Below the pieces are notes generated by a model that was given only the letters and a program-made list of their open reading frames with translations, searched no databases and was not told where the DNA came from. 64,000 nt of DNA from a bacterium (GTDB taxonomy: Bacteria; UBA8248), in assembly GCA_965261085.1 (NCBI GenBank), contig OZ253442.1:3072001-3136000 (forward strand), read 5' to 3'. The stretch's first letter is position 1; each line of letters begins with the position of its first letter. Positions 9,947 to 19,798 of this stretch are shown piece after piece. The translations under genes and the position numbers were made by a program.

Positions 9947-11328
9947 TAAGCGCCCCTGCACGCGCTCATCAAGGCGTTTGCGTCCGGCGCCGTTTCGAAC
10001 GCCACGACGGCCTCCACGGCGGAATCGACATTGCTCTCAGGCAGGACGCGGCGCGCGTTTCCGCGAAACTTGGCTTCGACGTCTTCCCATTCCATCGGGT
10101 TTTCAGGGTTTCCCCAGTTAATGGGTTCATCGCGCTCCAGGACGCGGCCGTCTTTGAGCGTCATCTTCACGCCGCCGTGCAGGTACCTGGGGAAGCGATC
10201 GGAATCCACGCCGGAGCACCGCACCTTTCCGGCCAGTTCGAGTACCTGGGCGTCGCCCAGATGTTTTTCCTCGAAATCATCGAGCGTGGCCCGGCCCTTC
10301 ACCACGTTGACCGCCAGGCAATAGGGCAGGCTGAAAAGCGCCGCATACTGCGTATTGGGCTTTCGCTTGTGTTCGATGGGCTCACACACGATGTGGAGAA
10401 TCGGCTCGGGCGTGATGGTCTCGATCTCATCGATTTCATCGAGAGAGATGCCCGCCTCGCGCACCAGATTTTTCGCCGCATCCATCGTCGCATGGTTAAA
10501 ATGGCAGCAAGGATAGGGTTTGAACGAAATACGCAGCGTCTCCCAGCGCTCGCCGAGTCCGCCCGCCAGGATTTCCGGGTCATAGTCCGGATCGCTCAGA
10601 TGGGTGGCGTAGAGGCCGAACCTGCCCTCAAAGACTTTTCGGGGGCCCATGAACCCGTGGCCAGCCATCTGCGCGGCGGTGACGCCCGCATGAGAGGCCC
10701 AGCCCGGATGAAAGCGCTTCACCCAGCTTCCGTCATCCAGAAACTCCTGAATCCCCGCCGCCTGGCTCCCGCACACGCCGAACGCATTGGCGATCTCCGC
10801 CGGTGCGTGCCGCATCAGACGCCCCATGATGGCGGCCGCCCCGAAAGCGCCGCATATGGGCGTGGCGTGGTAGCCCTCGGCATGAAACGCACCCGGCACC
10901 GCGCCGCCGATTCTGGCGATGACCTCATAGCCCACCACCATGGCCGCGAGGATATCCTCCCCGCTCGCGCCCACGGCTTCACCCGCGGCCAGGGCCGTGG
11001 GCACCACACAGGCGCTCATGTGGGTGATGGAATCCGTATGGGTGTCGTCGAAATCAAGGCCGTGCACGTAGCTGCCGTTCACCATGGCGGCGTGCGCGAC
11101 CGGCAGCTTGTCCCCGTAGCGCCAAACGGTGGCCTGGGGGTTGCCGCCCCAATCGCGCGCCGTTTTCGTCACCGCATCGGCGTAGGGCTCCCGTGTCGCG
11201 GCCAGGCCTATCCCCAGGGCGTCGAGAAGATGGTGTTTCGCCTTCTCGACCACCTGCTCGGGAATGTCTTCATAAGATAAGTTCGCGGTGAAACGCGCCA
11301 GCTTGTCGCTCATCGTTTCCATTTTCAT
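9946..11328 (-). CDS. MmgE/PrpD family protein
   Basis: HGLDFDDTH, GYHAT, KRFHPG, FKPYPCCHFNH, GNPENPM. Confidence 0.92.
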   Translation of the reverse strand: MKMETMSDKLARFTANLSYEDIPEQVVEKAKHHLLDALGIGLAATREPYADAVTKTARDWGGNPQATVWRYGDKLPVAHAAMVNGSYVHGLDFDDTHTDSITHMSACVVPTALAAGEAVGASGEDILAAMVVGYEVIARIGGAVPGAFHAEGYHATPICGAFGAAAIMGRLMRHAPAEIANAFGVCGSQAAGIQEFLDDGSWVKRFHPGWASHAGVTAAQMAGHGFMGPRKVFEGRFGLYATHLSDPDYDPEILAGGLGERWETLRISFKPYPCCHFNHATMDAAKNLVREAGISLDEIDEIETITPEPILHIVCEPIEHKRKPNTQYAALFSLPYCLAVNVVKGRATLDDFEEKHLGDAQVLELAGKVRCSGVDSDRFPRYLHGGVKMTLKDGRVLERDEPINWGNPENPMEWEDVEAKFRGNARRVLPESNVDSAVEAVVAFETAPDANALMSACRGA

Positions 11329-11354
11329 CTCCTGATCTTGAATCCGGCTCTGCT

Positions 11355-12719
11355 CTAGGCGAGATGCGCCACCAGCGCGCTCATCGTCTCCACCTCATCC
11401 AGGCCTGAAATGGCCTCTATCAACGCGTCTTGTGAACCAGGCGGAATCACGCCGCCCGTAATTTGCCTGAACTTTCCCGCCACCATGCCGAAATCCATCG
11501 GGTTTTGAGGTGACCCCTTGGGACCCGCGACACGGATATTGAGTTCACGACCGTCATGGGTGCGAATCGCCACTTTCGCGGGAAAGGTTTTGGGATAGAG
11601 TTGCTCGATCTCGGGGTCCACCGTGAAGCGCGCCCTCCGGGCGAGGCTCACCAACTCCGGGTCGGCGATGCGCTCGGGCGCGAACTGCTCGGGCCCCGCC
11701 TGCCCGTCGGTGAGCGCCACCGCGGCGCAATACTCGATGTTCATCTGCGCGCGGAGCGAACTGACGGGCTCATAGCGCCAGGAGCATTGTTGCTTCACCA
11801 CGCTGTGATTCATGATCTCCATTTCCCGCACGTCATCGGGCGCAACGCCATGCTCCCTGCGCAGAGCGAGAACGGCGTCAATCGTCGAATGGGTGCTTCC
11901 GCAGCAGCAATAGGGTTTGAAGGAAACGCCTTCCGTCTCCCAAAACGCGCCCAAATCCTTCGTCAGAGGTTCGGGATCCCCACAGCCGCTGAATGCCCGT
12001 ATAAAACCCCCGTCCTCGTACTCGAAAATCTCCTTGGGGCCCGTATAACCCCTCCCGGCGAGGGAGGCGGCCATGAAGCCGCTTTGGGCCGCGCGGCCCG
12101 CGTGAAAGCGCTTCGTCTCCGAGCCGTCGCACTGAAAAGCCCATGTTCCCGCACCCTGCGTCCCCGCCAACCCCAAAGCGTTGGCCGTTTGCTCGGGGTT
12201 TAGTTTCATCAGATGCGCAGCGGCAGCCGCCGCGCCAAAGGGGCCGCACAGGCCCGTGAGATGAAATCCTCGCCTACGCACCTCCAGGGCGTCGGCCGCG
12301 ATACTCGCGCGGATCATGGTTTCATAACCCACGGCGCAGGCGGTCATAAAGGCCTCACCACTCGCCCCCATCTTCTCTGCAAGCGGAAAAGCTGCGGCGA
12401 AAACCACCGCACTCGGGTGGAGCTTGGCGCCGCTATGGTAATCATCCAACTCGAACGCGTGCATCCAGGTGCCCAGGCAAAGCGCGACAGGCCCCACCGG
12501 CCCGCGCCATGCGTTTCTCCAGAGGGTGGCTACCGCGTTTCCGCCTTGTTCCTGAATGAAGCCGGACAGTATTCGCCCCGATTCGGTGGTCGTTCCGTAC
12601 AAACCGCAACCGACGGCATCCAGAAAATACTTGCCGATGCAGGCGCGCAAATTATCGGATAAATCATCATAGGAAGTTTCACTGATGAATCGCGCGAGTT
12701 CGCGCGTTTGGCCGTTCAT
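11355..12719 (-). CDS. MmgE/PrpD family protein
   Basis: HAFELDDYH, GFHLTG, KRFHAG, FKPYCCCGSTH, GSPQNPM. Confidence 0.92.
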   Translation of the reverse strand: MNGQTRELARFISETSYDDLSDNLRACIGKYFLDAVGCGLYGTTTESGRILSGFIQEQGGNAVATLWRNAWRGPVGPVALCLGTWMHAFELDDYHSGAKLHPSAVVFAAAFPLAEKMGASGEAFMTACAVGYETMIRASIAADALEVRRRGFHLTGLCGPFGAAAAAAHLMKLNPEQTANALGLAGTQGAGTWAFQCDGSETKRFHAGRAAQSGFMAASLAGRGYTGPKEIFEYEDGGFIRAFSGCGDPEPLTKDLGAFWETEGVSFKPYCCCGSTHSTIDAVLALRREHGVAPDDVREMEIMNHSVVKQQCSWRYEPVSSLRAQMNIEYCAAVALTDGQAGPEQFAPERIADPELVSLARRARFTVDPEIEQLYPKTFPAKVAIRTHDGRELNIRVAGPKGSPQNPMDFGMVAGKFRQITGGVIPPGSQDALIEAISGLDEVETMSALVAHLA

Positions 12720-12728
12720 TCTCTCACC

Positions 12729-13604
12729 TCATTCCTTGGGCAGATACTCTGCTTCTATCGCATGATAGGCGTCATAATCGAGGAGTCGATAGAGTTCCTT
12801 GCGCGTCATCATGTTGTCTTGATAGCCCGCCATCGTGCCCTTTTCCTTAAGTTCATCGAGCAGCAATTCACCCGCCCTGAGCATCACGCGCATGATGCTC
12901 ACCGGAAACAGGACGAGTTTATACCCCATCTCCTCGAAATCCGTTTTGGAGATATGGGGTGTCTTGCCGAACTCCGTCATGTTGGCGAGCAGAGGACCCG
13001 GACAACGCTCGGCATATTCGATGAATTCATCGCGCGTCTCGAGCGCTTCGATGAAGATGACGTCGGCCCCGGCGTCCAGCGCGGCTTTGCCGCGCTCCAC
13101 GGCCTCTTCCATCCCATACACATACTTGGCGTCGACGCGCGCCATGATGGCGAAATCCGGATCCGTGCGATGGGCCACGGCGGCGCGAATTTTCCCTATA
13201 AATTCCTCGCGGCTCACCACCTGCTTCCCGTCCAGGTGGCCGCACCGCTTGGGCAGCACCTGGTCTTCTATCTGAATACACGCCACGCCCGCCCGCTCGA
13301 AATCACGCACCGTGCGCACGACGTTCACCGCATTTCCGTAGCCGGTATCCACGTCCACCACCAGCGGCAGGTCCACGGCGTCCGCTATGTACCTCGCGTT
13401 CATGAGCACTTCGCTAGAGGACGCCAACCCATTGTCGGGCAGACCCGCGAGGGCATTCACTACGCCCGCCCCCGACATGTAGACGGCTTCGAATCCTTTG
13501 GAGGCGATGAGTCTGGCCGTCAGGGCGTCGTGCGCACCGGGGATGATCGTCGCTCCCGGGCGTTCGAGGATTTCTTTGAATTTTTTTCGCACAGAACCGG
13601 CCAT
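12729..13604 (-). CDS. prpB: Methylisocitrate lyase-like enzyme (ICL/PEP mutase family)
   Basis: YMSGAG, VDVDTGYG, IEDQVLPKRCGH, LANMTEFGKTP; start at MAGSVRKK after an AAGGAAGGA RBS; exact substrate not certain. Confidence 0.75.
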   Translation of the reverse strand: MAGSVRKKFKEILERPGATIIPGAHDALTARLIASKGFEAVYMSGAGVVNALAGLPDNGLASSSEVLMNARYIADAVDLPLVVDVDTGYGNAVNVVRTVRDFERAGVACIQIEDQVLPKRCGHLDGKQVVSREEFIGKIRAAVAHRTDPDFAIMARVDAKYVYGMEEAVERGKAALDAGADVIFIEALETRDEFIEYAERCPGPLLANMTEFGKTPHISKTDFEEMGYKLVLFPVSIMRVMLRAGELLLDELKEKGTMAGYQDNMMTRKELYRLLDYDAYHAIEAEYLPKE

Positions 13605-13800
13605 AGGTCCTTCCTTCCCGGACAACGTAGATGAATATGCCATCCGCTCGATGAATTTCTGCGAAAAGTCCGCTTCTTGCCGAACCCCATCTTCGCTATT
13701 GATACGGATGAACTTATCCGCCACCCTGGTTTCGAGGCAAGCGCCATTTATTTTTTCATACCATCTTGTGATCCCGCCAGAGCCTGGAGCCAACCGAGCC

Positions 13801-13831
13801 TTGACAAACAGCCGACGAAAAGTGACATAAT
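13801..13831 (+). promoter_or_regulatory. Putative sigma70 promoter for the TPR gene
   Basis: TTGACA (13801-13806) and TG-A-CATAAT extended -10; the 19-bp spacer is long. Confidence 0.45.
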
Positions 13832-13856
13832 TTGAGCGGCCATTGTGTTTGGCTGC

Positions 13857-13868
13857 GGGGGGGGGGGG
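13857..13868 (+). repeat. G12 homopolymer tract at the RBS position of the TPR gene
   Basis: 12 consecutive G followed by 7 nt and then ATG 13876. Confidence 0.9.
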
Positions 13869-13875
13869 ACGCCGA

Positions 13876-14412
13876 ATGGCGAGTGAATCCGAAGACGTGA
13901 ATTTCAATGAAAAATATAAAGACGAAGCGAGAATCAACTCCGATCTCAAGCACGCCCTGGAGCTTCTGAGCGAAGGAGGCGTCGCCCAATCGAAGGGAGA
14001 CCTCGACAAAGCCATCGAATTGTATCGAAACTCCATCGCCTACTACCCCACCGCGGACGCGCACACCTATCTGGGCTGGATGTACAGCAAGCAGGGCCGC
14101 CTGGAGGAAGCGATCGAAGAGTGCCACATGGCCATCGAAGTCGACGATGAGTTCGGAAACCCATACAACGACATCGGTTGCTATCTCATGCAGTTGGGCG
14201 AACTCGACGAGGCTGCCGGGTGGCTCGAGAAAGCGAAATCCGCACCGAGGTACGAGCCGCGCCATTTCCCCTACATGAACCTGGGACGCATCTACGTGCA
14301 ACAAAAAGAATACGGCAAGGCGCAAGGGGAGATTTACGAGGCCATCAAGCGCGCACCCGAACTGGATAGTCTGAAAAAAAACTTCCTGGAGCTTGTCTCG
14401 CTCCTCAACTGA
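13876..14412 (+). CDS. Tetratricopeptide repeat protein
   Basis: TPR repeats: ADAHTYLGWMY, GNPYNDIGCYL, PYMNLGRIY. Confidence 0.88.
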   Translation: MASESEDVNFNEKYKDEARINSDLKHALELLSEGGVAQSKGDLDKAIELYRNSIAYYPTADAHTYLGWMYSKQGRLEEAIEECHMAIEVDDEFGNPYNDIGCYLMQLGELDEAAGWLEKAKSAPRYEPRHFPYMNLGRIYVQQKEYGKAQGEIYEAIKRAPELDSLKKNFLELVSLLN

Positions 14413-14422
14413 ACATGAACAC

Positions 14423-14453
14423 AAAAAAAGCCGGCCGCGAAGGCCGGCTTTTT
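14423..14453. terminator. Bidirectional rho-independent terminator
   Basis: AAAAAAGCCGGCC-GCGAA-GGCCGGCTTTTT between convergent genes. Confidence 0.88.
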
Positions 14454-14479
14454 CATTTTTTCTTTTTGCCGCTCAAAAA

Positions 14480-14932
14480 CTAGCCGGGAATCTTGTCCCT
14501 CGTATCCTCTTCCATCCATTCGTTTTCCACATAGATCGTCTTTGCGGCGTCCCGGTTGGGACAATTGCCATAGGTGAAGACGAGTTCGGCATCTTCTGTT
14601 TCACTCGGGTTGTAGAGGCCGTGAATCTCACCCGCCGCGCAATAGACGAACGTGCCTGTGGGCACCGTGTGTTCTTCCCTGTCCTCCCCCATCCAGACGA
14701 TAATCGGACCTTTGACGATGTAGAACGTCGCGTCGCATACGTGGTAGTGCCTCTGGTTGCGGCCCTGGGGCGGAATGATGGTGCGCCCCATCGTGATGGT
14801 TTGGGTGCCGGTGGCATTGCTGTCCACGCCCCATGCGATGATGAGGGGCGGTTCATATTTCTTGTCTACGCCGATGGCCGTGGAATCAATGAGACACCAG
14901 CGCTGTTTGGTAGGTGCGGATAAAACAGACAT
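14480..14932 (-). CDS. Cupin domain protein
   Basis: NQRHYH, AAGEIHGLYN; AAGGAG RBS before ATG 14932. Confidence 0.85.
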   Translation of the reverse strand: MSVLSAPTKQRWCLIDSTAIGVDKKYEPPLIIAWGVDSNATGTQTITMGRTIIPPQGRNQRHYHVCDATFYIVKGPIIVWMGEDREEHTVPTGTFVYCAAGEIHGLYNPSETEDAELVFTYGNCPNRDAAKTIYVENEWMEEDTRDKIPG

Positions 14933-15042
14933 GTGAACTCCTTTTGATTGGAGACGATATAAAAATTCCCGTTCTCTCGAAGGCCGCATAATCTAGGCGC
15001 TCGGCTCTCAGAGCGCAAGAGCGGCGATGATTTAATAGAGGT

Positions 15043-16056
15043 TCACCCTTCCAGGAATAGCTGAACCTCGCTCAAAAGCTCCATCCTCCGTTTTTCCAGC
15101 TCCATGAAATGCGTGCCGTCGTTGATGATGACGTAGCGCTTGCCCCGGCTGTTGGAAAGCGCTTTATACAGCCCCCAGGTCTCCGGATCGGCCGAGGCGC
15201 CATCCTGATCACCCCGGATGAGCAGAACGGGACACGTTATCCTGCTCGCATCATAGAGGGGTATGTTCCTCGCCCGATCATATAAATCCGCCAAGGAGCC
15301 GTTCGCCAGCCGAAACGAGGGCGTCTTGCGTTTGGCCCCCTCCGGGTCATAGCGGAGGAGTTCTCGAAAATACGCCTTGAGCACTTTGGGTTCGCGCCAT
15401 TTGTGGTGGGCATTCCCTGGTATATGGCCCCACCAGCGCTTGTGCACGTCTTTTTCCGTGCACCACGACCACGCGCCTCGCCTCGCGTCGAATTCCCCGG
15501 GCTTTGGGGGGTCTTCCATCTGTTTCGCGCGCACGGGATTGTCATAGGCGTAATAGGGCGCATACAGCACGAGTTTCTGCACATGCGACATATTATCGGC
15601 CGCGTAGGCCGGCCCCGTCGTCGTCCCCCACGAACGACCCAGGATGCTGAGCTTGCTCACGCCCCGCCGCTCGCAGATGAAATCGACCGCCGCCTTGATG
15701 TCCCTCACGGCCACCTTGCCGGGTATCGCCGGAGGCTTGCCCCTGGGGTTGACGTGCATCTCCTGCGGCCAGGTCGATTCGCCAAAACCCCGAATCGAGA
15801 GTGCGAAAACATCGAACCCGCGCGAGGCGATGTAATCCATCCAAGAATAGCCTGGAACCGGGAGGTCGTAGGCCACGGGGCCGGGCGCCATCCGCCCGTG
15901 CACGATGAGGAGCGTGGCCTGATCCTCGAATTTTTTCTTGCCTTCGGGGCGTTTTTCCCTCACATGCAGCCTGATGCCGGGATCTAGCGAGTCGATGTAG
16001 TGATCGATTCGCTCCACTCCCCTCGAAGCGGCATTCTTTCGTGGCGAAGCGCTCAA
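15043..16056 (-). CDS. Alpha/beta fold hydrolase
   Basis: LIVHG, RGFGES, GRSWG nucleophile elbow, RGDQD, GTHFM. Confidence 0.85.
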   Translation of the reverse strand: MSASPRKNAASRGVERIDHYIDSLDPGIRLHVREKRPEGKKKFEDQATLLIVHGRMAPGPVAYDLPVPGYSWMDYIASRGFDVFALSIRGFGESTWPQEMHVNPRGKPPAIPGKVAVRDIKAAVDFICERRGVSKLSILGRSWGTTTGPAYAADNMSHVQKLVLYAPYYAYDNPVRAKQMEDPPKPGEFDARRGAWSWCTEKDVHKRWWGHIPGNAHHKWREPKVLKAYFRELLRYDPEGAKRKTPSFRLANGSLADLYDRARNIPLYDASRITCPVLLIRGDQDGASADPETWGLYKALSNSRGKRYVIINDGTHFMELEKRRMELLSEVQLFLEG

Positions 16057-16068
16057 ATCCAGATTCCC

Positions 16069-17016
16069 TTAATTTTTCAGGTGCGAATAATCCCGGTCAT
16101 ACGCGGGCGGCAGCGCGCCTCCCCGCCCCAGAACGACGTGGAGCTTGCCCCATCCCCGGCCCGAATTCCAAAACCCGCGCGTGACGCCCGCAGGCGCCCA
16201 GCACATATCCCATGGCCCGAGAACTTCTTGATGCGAACCCCCCGCCTCATCGACCCAATGCACCGTCCAGTCGCTCTCAAGAGGGATGAAGGCCTCTTCC
16301 AAATCCAGATGATCATGCAGCGGAGCGCCCGAGCCCACCCGGTTTTCGTTGATGACGACGGAGAACTCTCCCTCCGGCAGGGATGGAGGCGGACCCACAC
16401 CATCGAGTTCACCGCCCACGTGTCCCACGTAGCGGCGAATCCCCCGCACTCCCTCTGGCAGAGAGGCTTCATAGTAAACCTGGAAATTCATGGGGCATTC
16501 ATCATAACGGACCACCTGGGTGAGGGGATCGACGAAAGAGACGCTCTCGCTCCCCGCGCCCTCCCCTTCTCCCTGGAACACGGGCGGCTCGTACGCGCCG
16601 CGCCCGTGAATGTAGTAGAGAAAGCCATCCTCATCCCCGGAGTTTCTGTAACCGCGCATGACGCCCGCCGGCATCCGGATGGCGTCGTAGCGTCCGAGTT
16701 CCACTGTCTTGATTTCCCCATCGCGCGCATCGACCCAGAAGACTTCGAACGCGCCTTCCCACACCATGAAAACCTCCTCGAACCCGTGGCTGTGCAGCGG
16801 AGCGCCGTTTCCGGGAGGCGCCATCACAATACCGTTGGCGAATTCCCAGCCGGGGAGCGCCGCTTTCGGCTCTTTTTCGCGAGGTCCCCCGATATAACGA
16901 TAAACAGCCCGGTGATGCCCCTGCTCGCGCGCATCGGGAGACGAGTCCCAATCGGGCATGATCTCGGCGAAATGGACAATCGTGGTGGGTACGGCTCTGG
17001 AAGTATGTTTCGTCAT
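16069..17016 (-). CDS. Bicupin protein
   Basis: Two repeats: GAPLHSHGFEE...PAGVMRGYRN and GAPLHDHLDLEE...PAGVTRGFWN. Confidence 0.85.
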   Translation of the reverse strand: MTKHTSRAVPTTIVHFAEIMPDWDSSPDAREQGHHRAVYRYIGGPREKEPKAALPGWEFANGIVMAPPGNGAPLHSHGFEEVFMVWEGAFEVFWVDARDGEIKTVELGRYDAIRMPAGVMRGYRNSGDEDGFLYYIHGRGAYEPPVFQGEGEGAGSESVSFVDPLTQVVRYDECPMNFQVYYEASLPEGVRGIRRYVGHVGGELDGVGPPPSLPEGEFSVVINENRVGSGAPLHDHLDLEEAFIPLESDWTVHWVDEAGGSHQEVLGPWDMCWAPAGVTRGFWNSGRGWGKLHVVLGRGGALPPAYDRDYSHLKN

Positions 17017-17041
17017 CTTCAGCACCTCGCTGGTTATAAGG

Positions 17042-18397
17042 TCATGGAAGCGTCGCGTTTAGATACACGCCTTCCGCCTCATACGCCTCATCGAGCAGGA
17101 CGACAGGATGCACCACCCGAAGGTCCATGTCCCGTTCGCGGGCGCCGAATGCGATTTGAATCTGACAACCAGGGTTGCCCGTGCAGACCACGGGCGCCTC
17201 AGAATCTTTCACGTGCCCCATTTTCCTGTCGAGAAGCTGCATGGAAATTTCCGTCTGCGTGAGATTGTAGCTGCCGGCGGAGCCGCAGCACCAATCGCTC
17301 TCCTTGAGAGGCACCGTCTCGACGTTGCGGATCGCGGAAAGAACCTCGAGCGGCTCCTTGCGAACCTTGAGCGCGTGGAAAAGATGGCAGGGGTGGTGAT
17401 ACGCGATTTTCCGGGGCGAGGGGTGCGCCGCTTCCCGGACGCCGATTCTGGAGAGAAACACGGTGACGTCCATCGCCTTGTCGCTGAACTCCTTCGCGCG
17501 GCTCGCGTATACAGGATCTTTCGCGAGCAAATCCTTGTAGTCATGGAGCATGGCCCCGCAGCCGGATACGGCCAGTATAACGGCGTCGAACTCTCCCGCG
17601 TCGATGGCGTCGATATTCTCGCGCGCGAGGATTCTCGCCGCCTCCCTGTCTCCGGCATGGGCTTGCAGCGCGCCGCAGCAGGTCTGCGCGGCGGGGAACA
17701 CCACGCGCACCCCGTTCGCCGCCAACGTGCGTATGGCGGCCCTGTTCACATCCCCGAACAAGGTGGATTGAATGCATCCGCCGAAGAAGGCGACGCGGTG
17801 TTTTTCCTCTCCGATGGGCGCTACTTCGGGGGGAAGAGCCCGCATCGAATAGATGGGGGGAACTTCGGGCATCATGGGTTCGAGCGCGGCCAGTTTTTTG
17901 GGCAAAAGACCCAAACCCCGCACCACGCTCTTCAAAAACGTGGTCTGGTACACTCTCGTGGCCACGCCCGCCAGGTTGAGCAACGTCCTGTTGGGCAGAA
18001 GCCAGCGGAAGAGGATTCTCCTCAAAACCCGCACCGACAAGGGGCGTTTTCTTACCTTTTCGAGTCCTTCGCGCGCCGCCTCTATCAAAGAACCATAGGG
18101 CACGCCCGATGGGCACGCCGTCTCGCAGGCGCGGCAGTCCAGGCAGCGATCGAGGTGTTTTATCACCGTCTCGTTCGGCGCCATCTCGCCGTCCGCCACC
18201 ATGCGCATGAGGTAGATTCTGCCGCGTGGGGAGTCCATCTCGTTGCCGAGCAGCGTGAAGGTGGGGCAACTCGTGCCGCAGAACCCACAGTGGATGCAGC
18301 GCTGAATCATCCGCCTGTCGGGAGCGTCCGGGCCGACGAAGGGATTCTCGTATTCAGGAAAAACCTGCGCGAAACCTACTTTTTCACCTGTCGCCAC
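17042..18397 (-). CDS. glcF: Glycolate/lactate oxidase iron-sulfur subunit
   Basis: CIHCGFCGTSCP and CLDCRACETACP 4Fe-4S motifs; two CCG domains; GTG start. Confidence 0.9.
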   Translation of the reverse strand: MATGEKVGFAQVFPEYENPFVGPDAPDRRMIQRCIHCGFCGTSCPTFTLLGNEMDSPRGRIYLMRMVADGEMAPNETVIKHLDRCLDCRACETACPSGVPYGSLIEAAREGLEKVRKRPLSVRVLRRILFRWLLPNRTLLNLAGVATRVYQTTFLKSVVRGLGLLPKKLAALEPMMPEVPPIYSMRALPPEVAPIGEEKHRVAFFGGCIQSTLFGDVNRAAIRTLAANGVRVVFPAAQTCCGALQAHAGDREAARILARENIDAIDAGEFDAVILAVSGCGAMLHDYKDLLAKDPVYASRAKEFSDKAMDVTVFLSRIGVREAAHPSPRKIAYHHPCHLFHALKVRKEPLEVLSAIRNVETVPLKESDWCCGSAGSYNLTQTEISMQLLDRKMGHVKDSEAPVVCTGNPGCQIQIAFGARERDMDLRVVHPVVLLDEAYEAEGVYLNATLP

Positions 18398-18411
18398 TTT
18401 CCTCTCCCACT

Positions 18412-19791
18412 TTACATCCGTCCCACGAATCGGCCGGGACTCAAAATTCCCTTCGGGTCATATGTTTTCTTTATGTTCCGCATCACCTGCAGCGCGGCAG
18501 GCTCGAGCGCGTCCTCACCCCATACGGATATTTGCCCTTTAAGTGAATCCGGCCCGGAATCCATACGCAAGTGAACCGAGCGGGCTTGCGCTTCATCCTT
18601 CCCCTCCCTACACAGAGAGGAGAAGACGCGCCATGCCTCAAGCGGAGAGGATTCCGCATCCTCGGGCGAGAGCCAGCACCTCAAAACCCCGCTGCCCGCG
18701 TGCGCCGAGGTGGCGTAACGATATTTTCCCGCCTCGGCGGCGCGCCTTGTCGCCTCCGCAAAGCGGGGCAGTTGATCGAGACGACCCGAAGCCCTGAGAG
18801 CGAGCGCCTCGGAGTCTGAGAAATCTTCCCCCGGAGGATCGGCCAAAACTCGGCCCAGGCGCGCGGTGTCCTCATCACCAAACCGCACAATTTCGCCCCC
18901 GCCCTCTTTCACGAGAATTTCCTCGAAACGGGCCAGTTGATCCTTCAACCCCTCTTCGAAATCGCCGAAAGAAGCCGCGAGGCACACGGGGCCGGGCAAG
19001 GCGATTCCGCCCTCCGATGCCAGCGAGGCGATGCGCATATCGTTCAAGACCTCCGCCCACACGGGCATAAGAGGCGTGGCCATCAGCGCCCTTGCGGCCT
19101 TGAACGCGGCATCGGCGGACCCGAAACAAGCAGCCCTAGCCCCGATATGCTCGGGGGCCTTATACAGGCGAATCGCCAACTCGGTGACGACGGCCAGTGT
19201 CCCCCAGCTTCCTGAAAGGAGGCGATTCATGTCGTAGCCGGTGACGTTTTTCACAACCAGCGCGCCATAGGTGTGGGTCGCACCGTCGGCCAAGGCCACC
19301 TTCATGCGCATCACGCGGTCGCGCGCCTTGCCCCAGCGCACCCGCATGGGACCCGAACGATCCGCGATAATAGTCCCCCCCACCGTGGAGGTTCCCGGAT
19401 GCGGAGGGTCAAGACCCGCCGTCTGTCCCTCGACACCCGTCAGCATATCGAGGCTCTCGACGCTCATCCCCGCCTCCACCACGGCGGTAAGGTCGTTTTT
19501 CAGAAACTCCACCGCCTTCGACATGCGCTCCAGGGAGAGCGCCACGTCGTACCTCTCGGGCGCATACCCCGCTCCCCTTCCCGTGCCCCCTCCCCAGGGA
19601 AATACGGCCAGACCCGCTTCGTTCGCACGCGCGAGAACACGGCATAGGGCTTCATGATCGGCGGGACTCACCACCACCGAGGGCGTTTTGCCCCCCAGTT
19701 TGAACGACTCCGCCCTATCATCGGAAAAGAGATCGGAATCGCCTAAGTCTGCTTCTACGGATTGGGCGAACGAATCGAGTTTAAGGGCCAT
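18412..19791 (-). CDS. glcE: Glycolate oxidase FAD-binding subunit
   Basis: WGGGT, VVKNVTGYDMNRLLSGSWGTL, DPKGILSPGRF. Confidence 0.88.
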   Translation of the reverse strand: MALKLDSFAQSVEADLGDSDLFSDDRAESFKLGGKTPSVVVSPADHEALCRVLARANEAGLAVFPWGGGTGRGAGYAPERYDVALSLERMSKAVEFLKNDLTAVVEAGMSVESLDMLTGVEGQTAGLDPPHPGTSTVGGTIIADRSGPMRVRWGKARDRVMRMKVALADGATHTYGALVVKNVTGYDMNRLLSGSWGTLAVVTELAIRLYKAPEHIGARAACFGSADAAFKAARALMATPLMPVWAEVLNDMRIASLASEGGIALPGPVCLAASFGDFEEGLKDQLARFEEILVKEGGGEIVRFGDEDTARLGRVLADPPGEDFSDSEALALRASGRLDQLPRFAEATRRAAEAGKYRYATSAHAGSGVLRCWLSPEDAESSPLEAWRVFSSLCREGKDEAQARSVHLRMDSGPDSLKGQISVWGEDALEPAALQVMRNIKKTYDPKGILSPGRFVGRM

Positions 19792-19798
19792 GGTTTTC

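Noticed and set aside
12729-14036. 435-aa version of the PrpB-like ORF
   Set aside because: The extension overlaps the divergent TPR gene; homology and RBS point to ATG 13604.
17108-18574. Long alternative-frame or antisense ORFs (also 1344-2738, 10177-11280, 16000-17262, 24969-26420, 48763-49725, 59680-60777)
   Set aside because: Shadows of well-supported genes in GC-rich DNA with no recognisable motifs.
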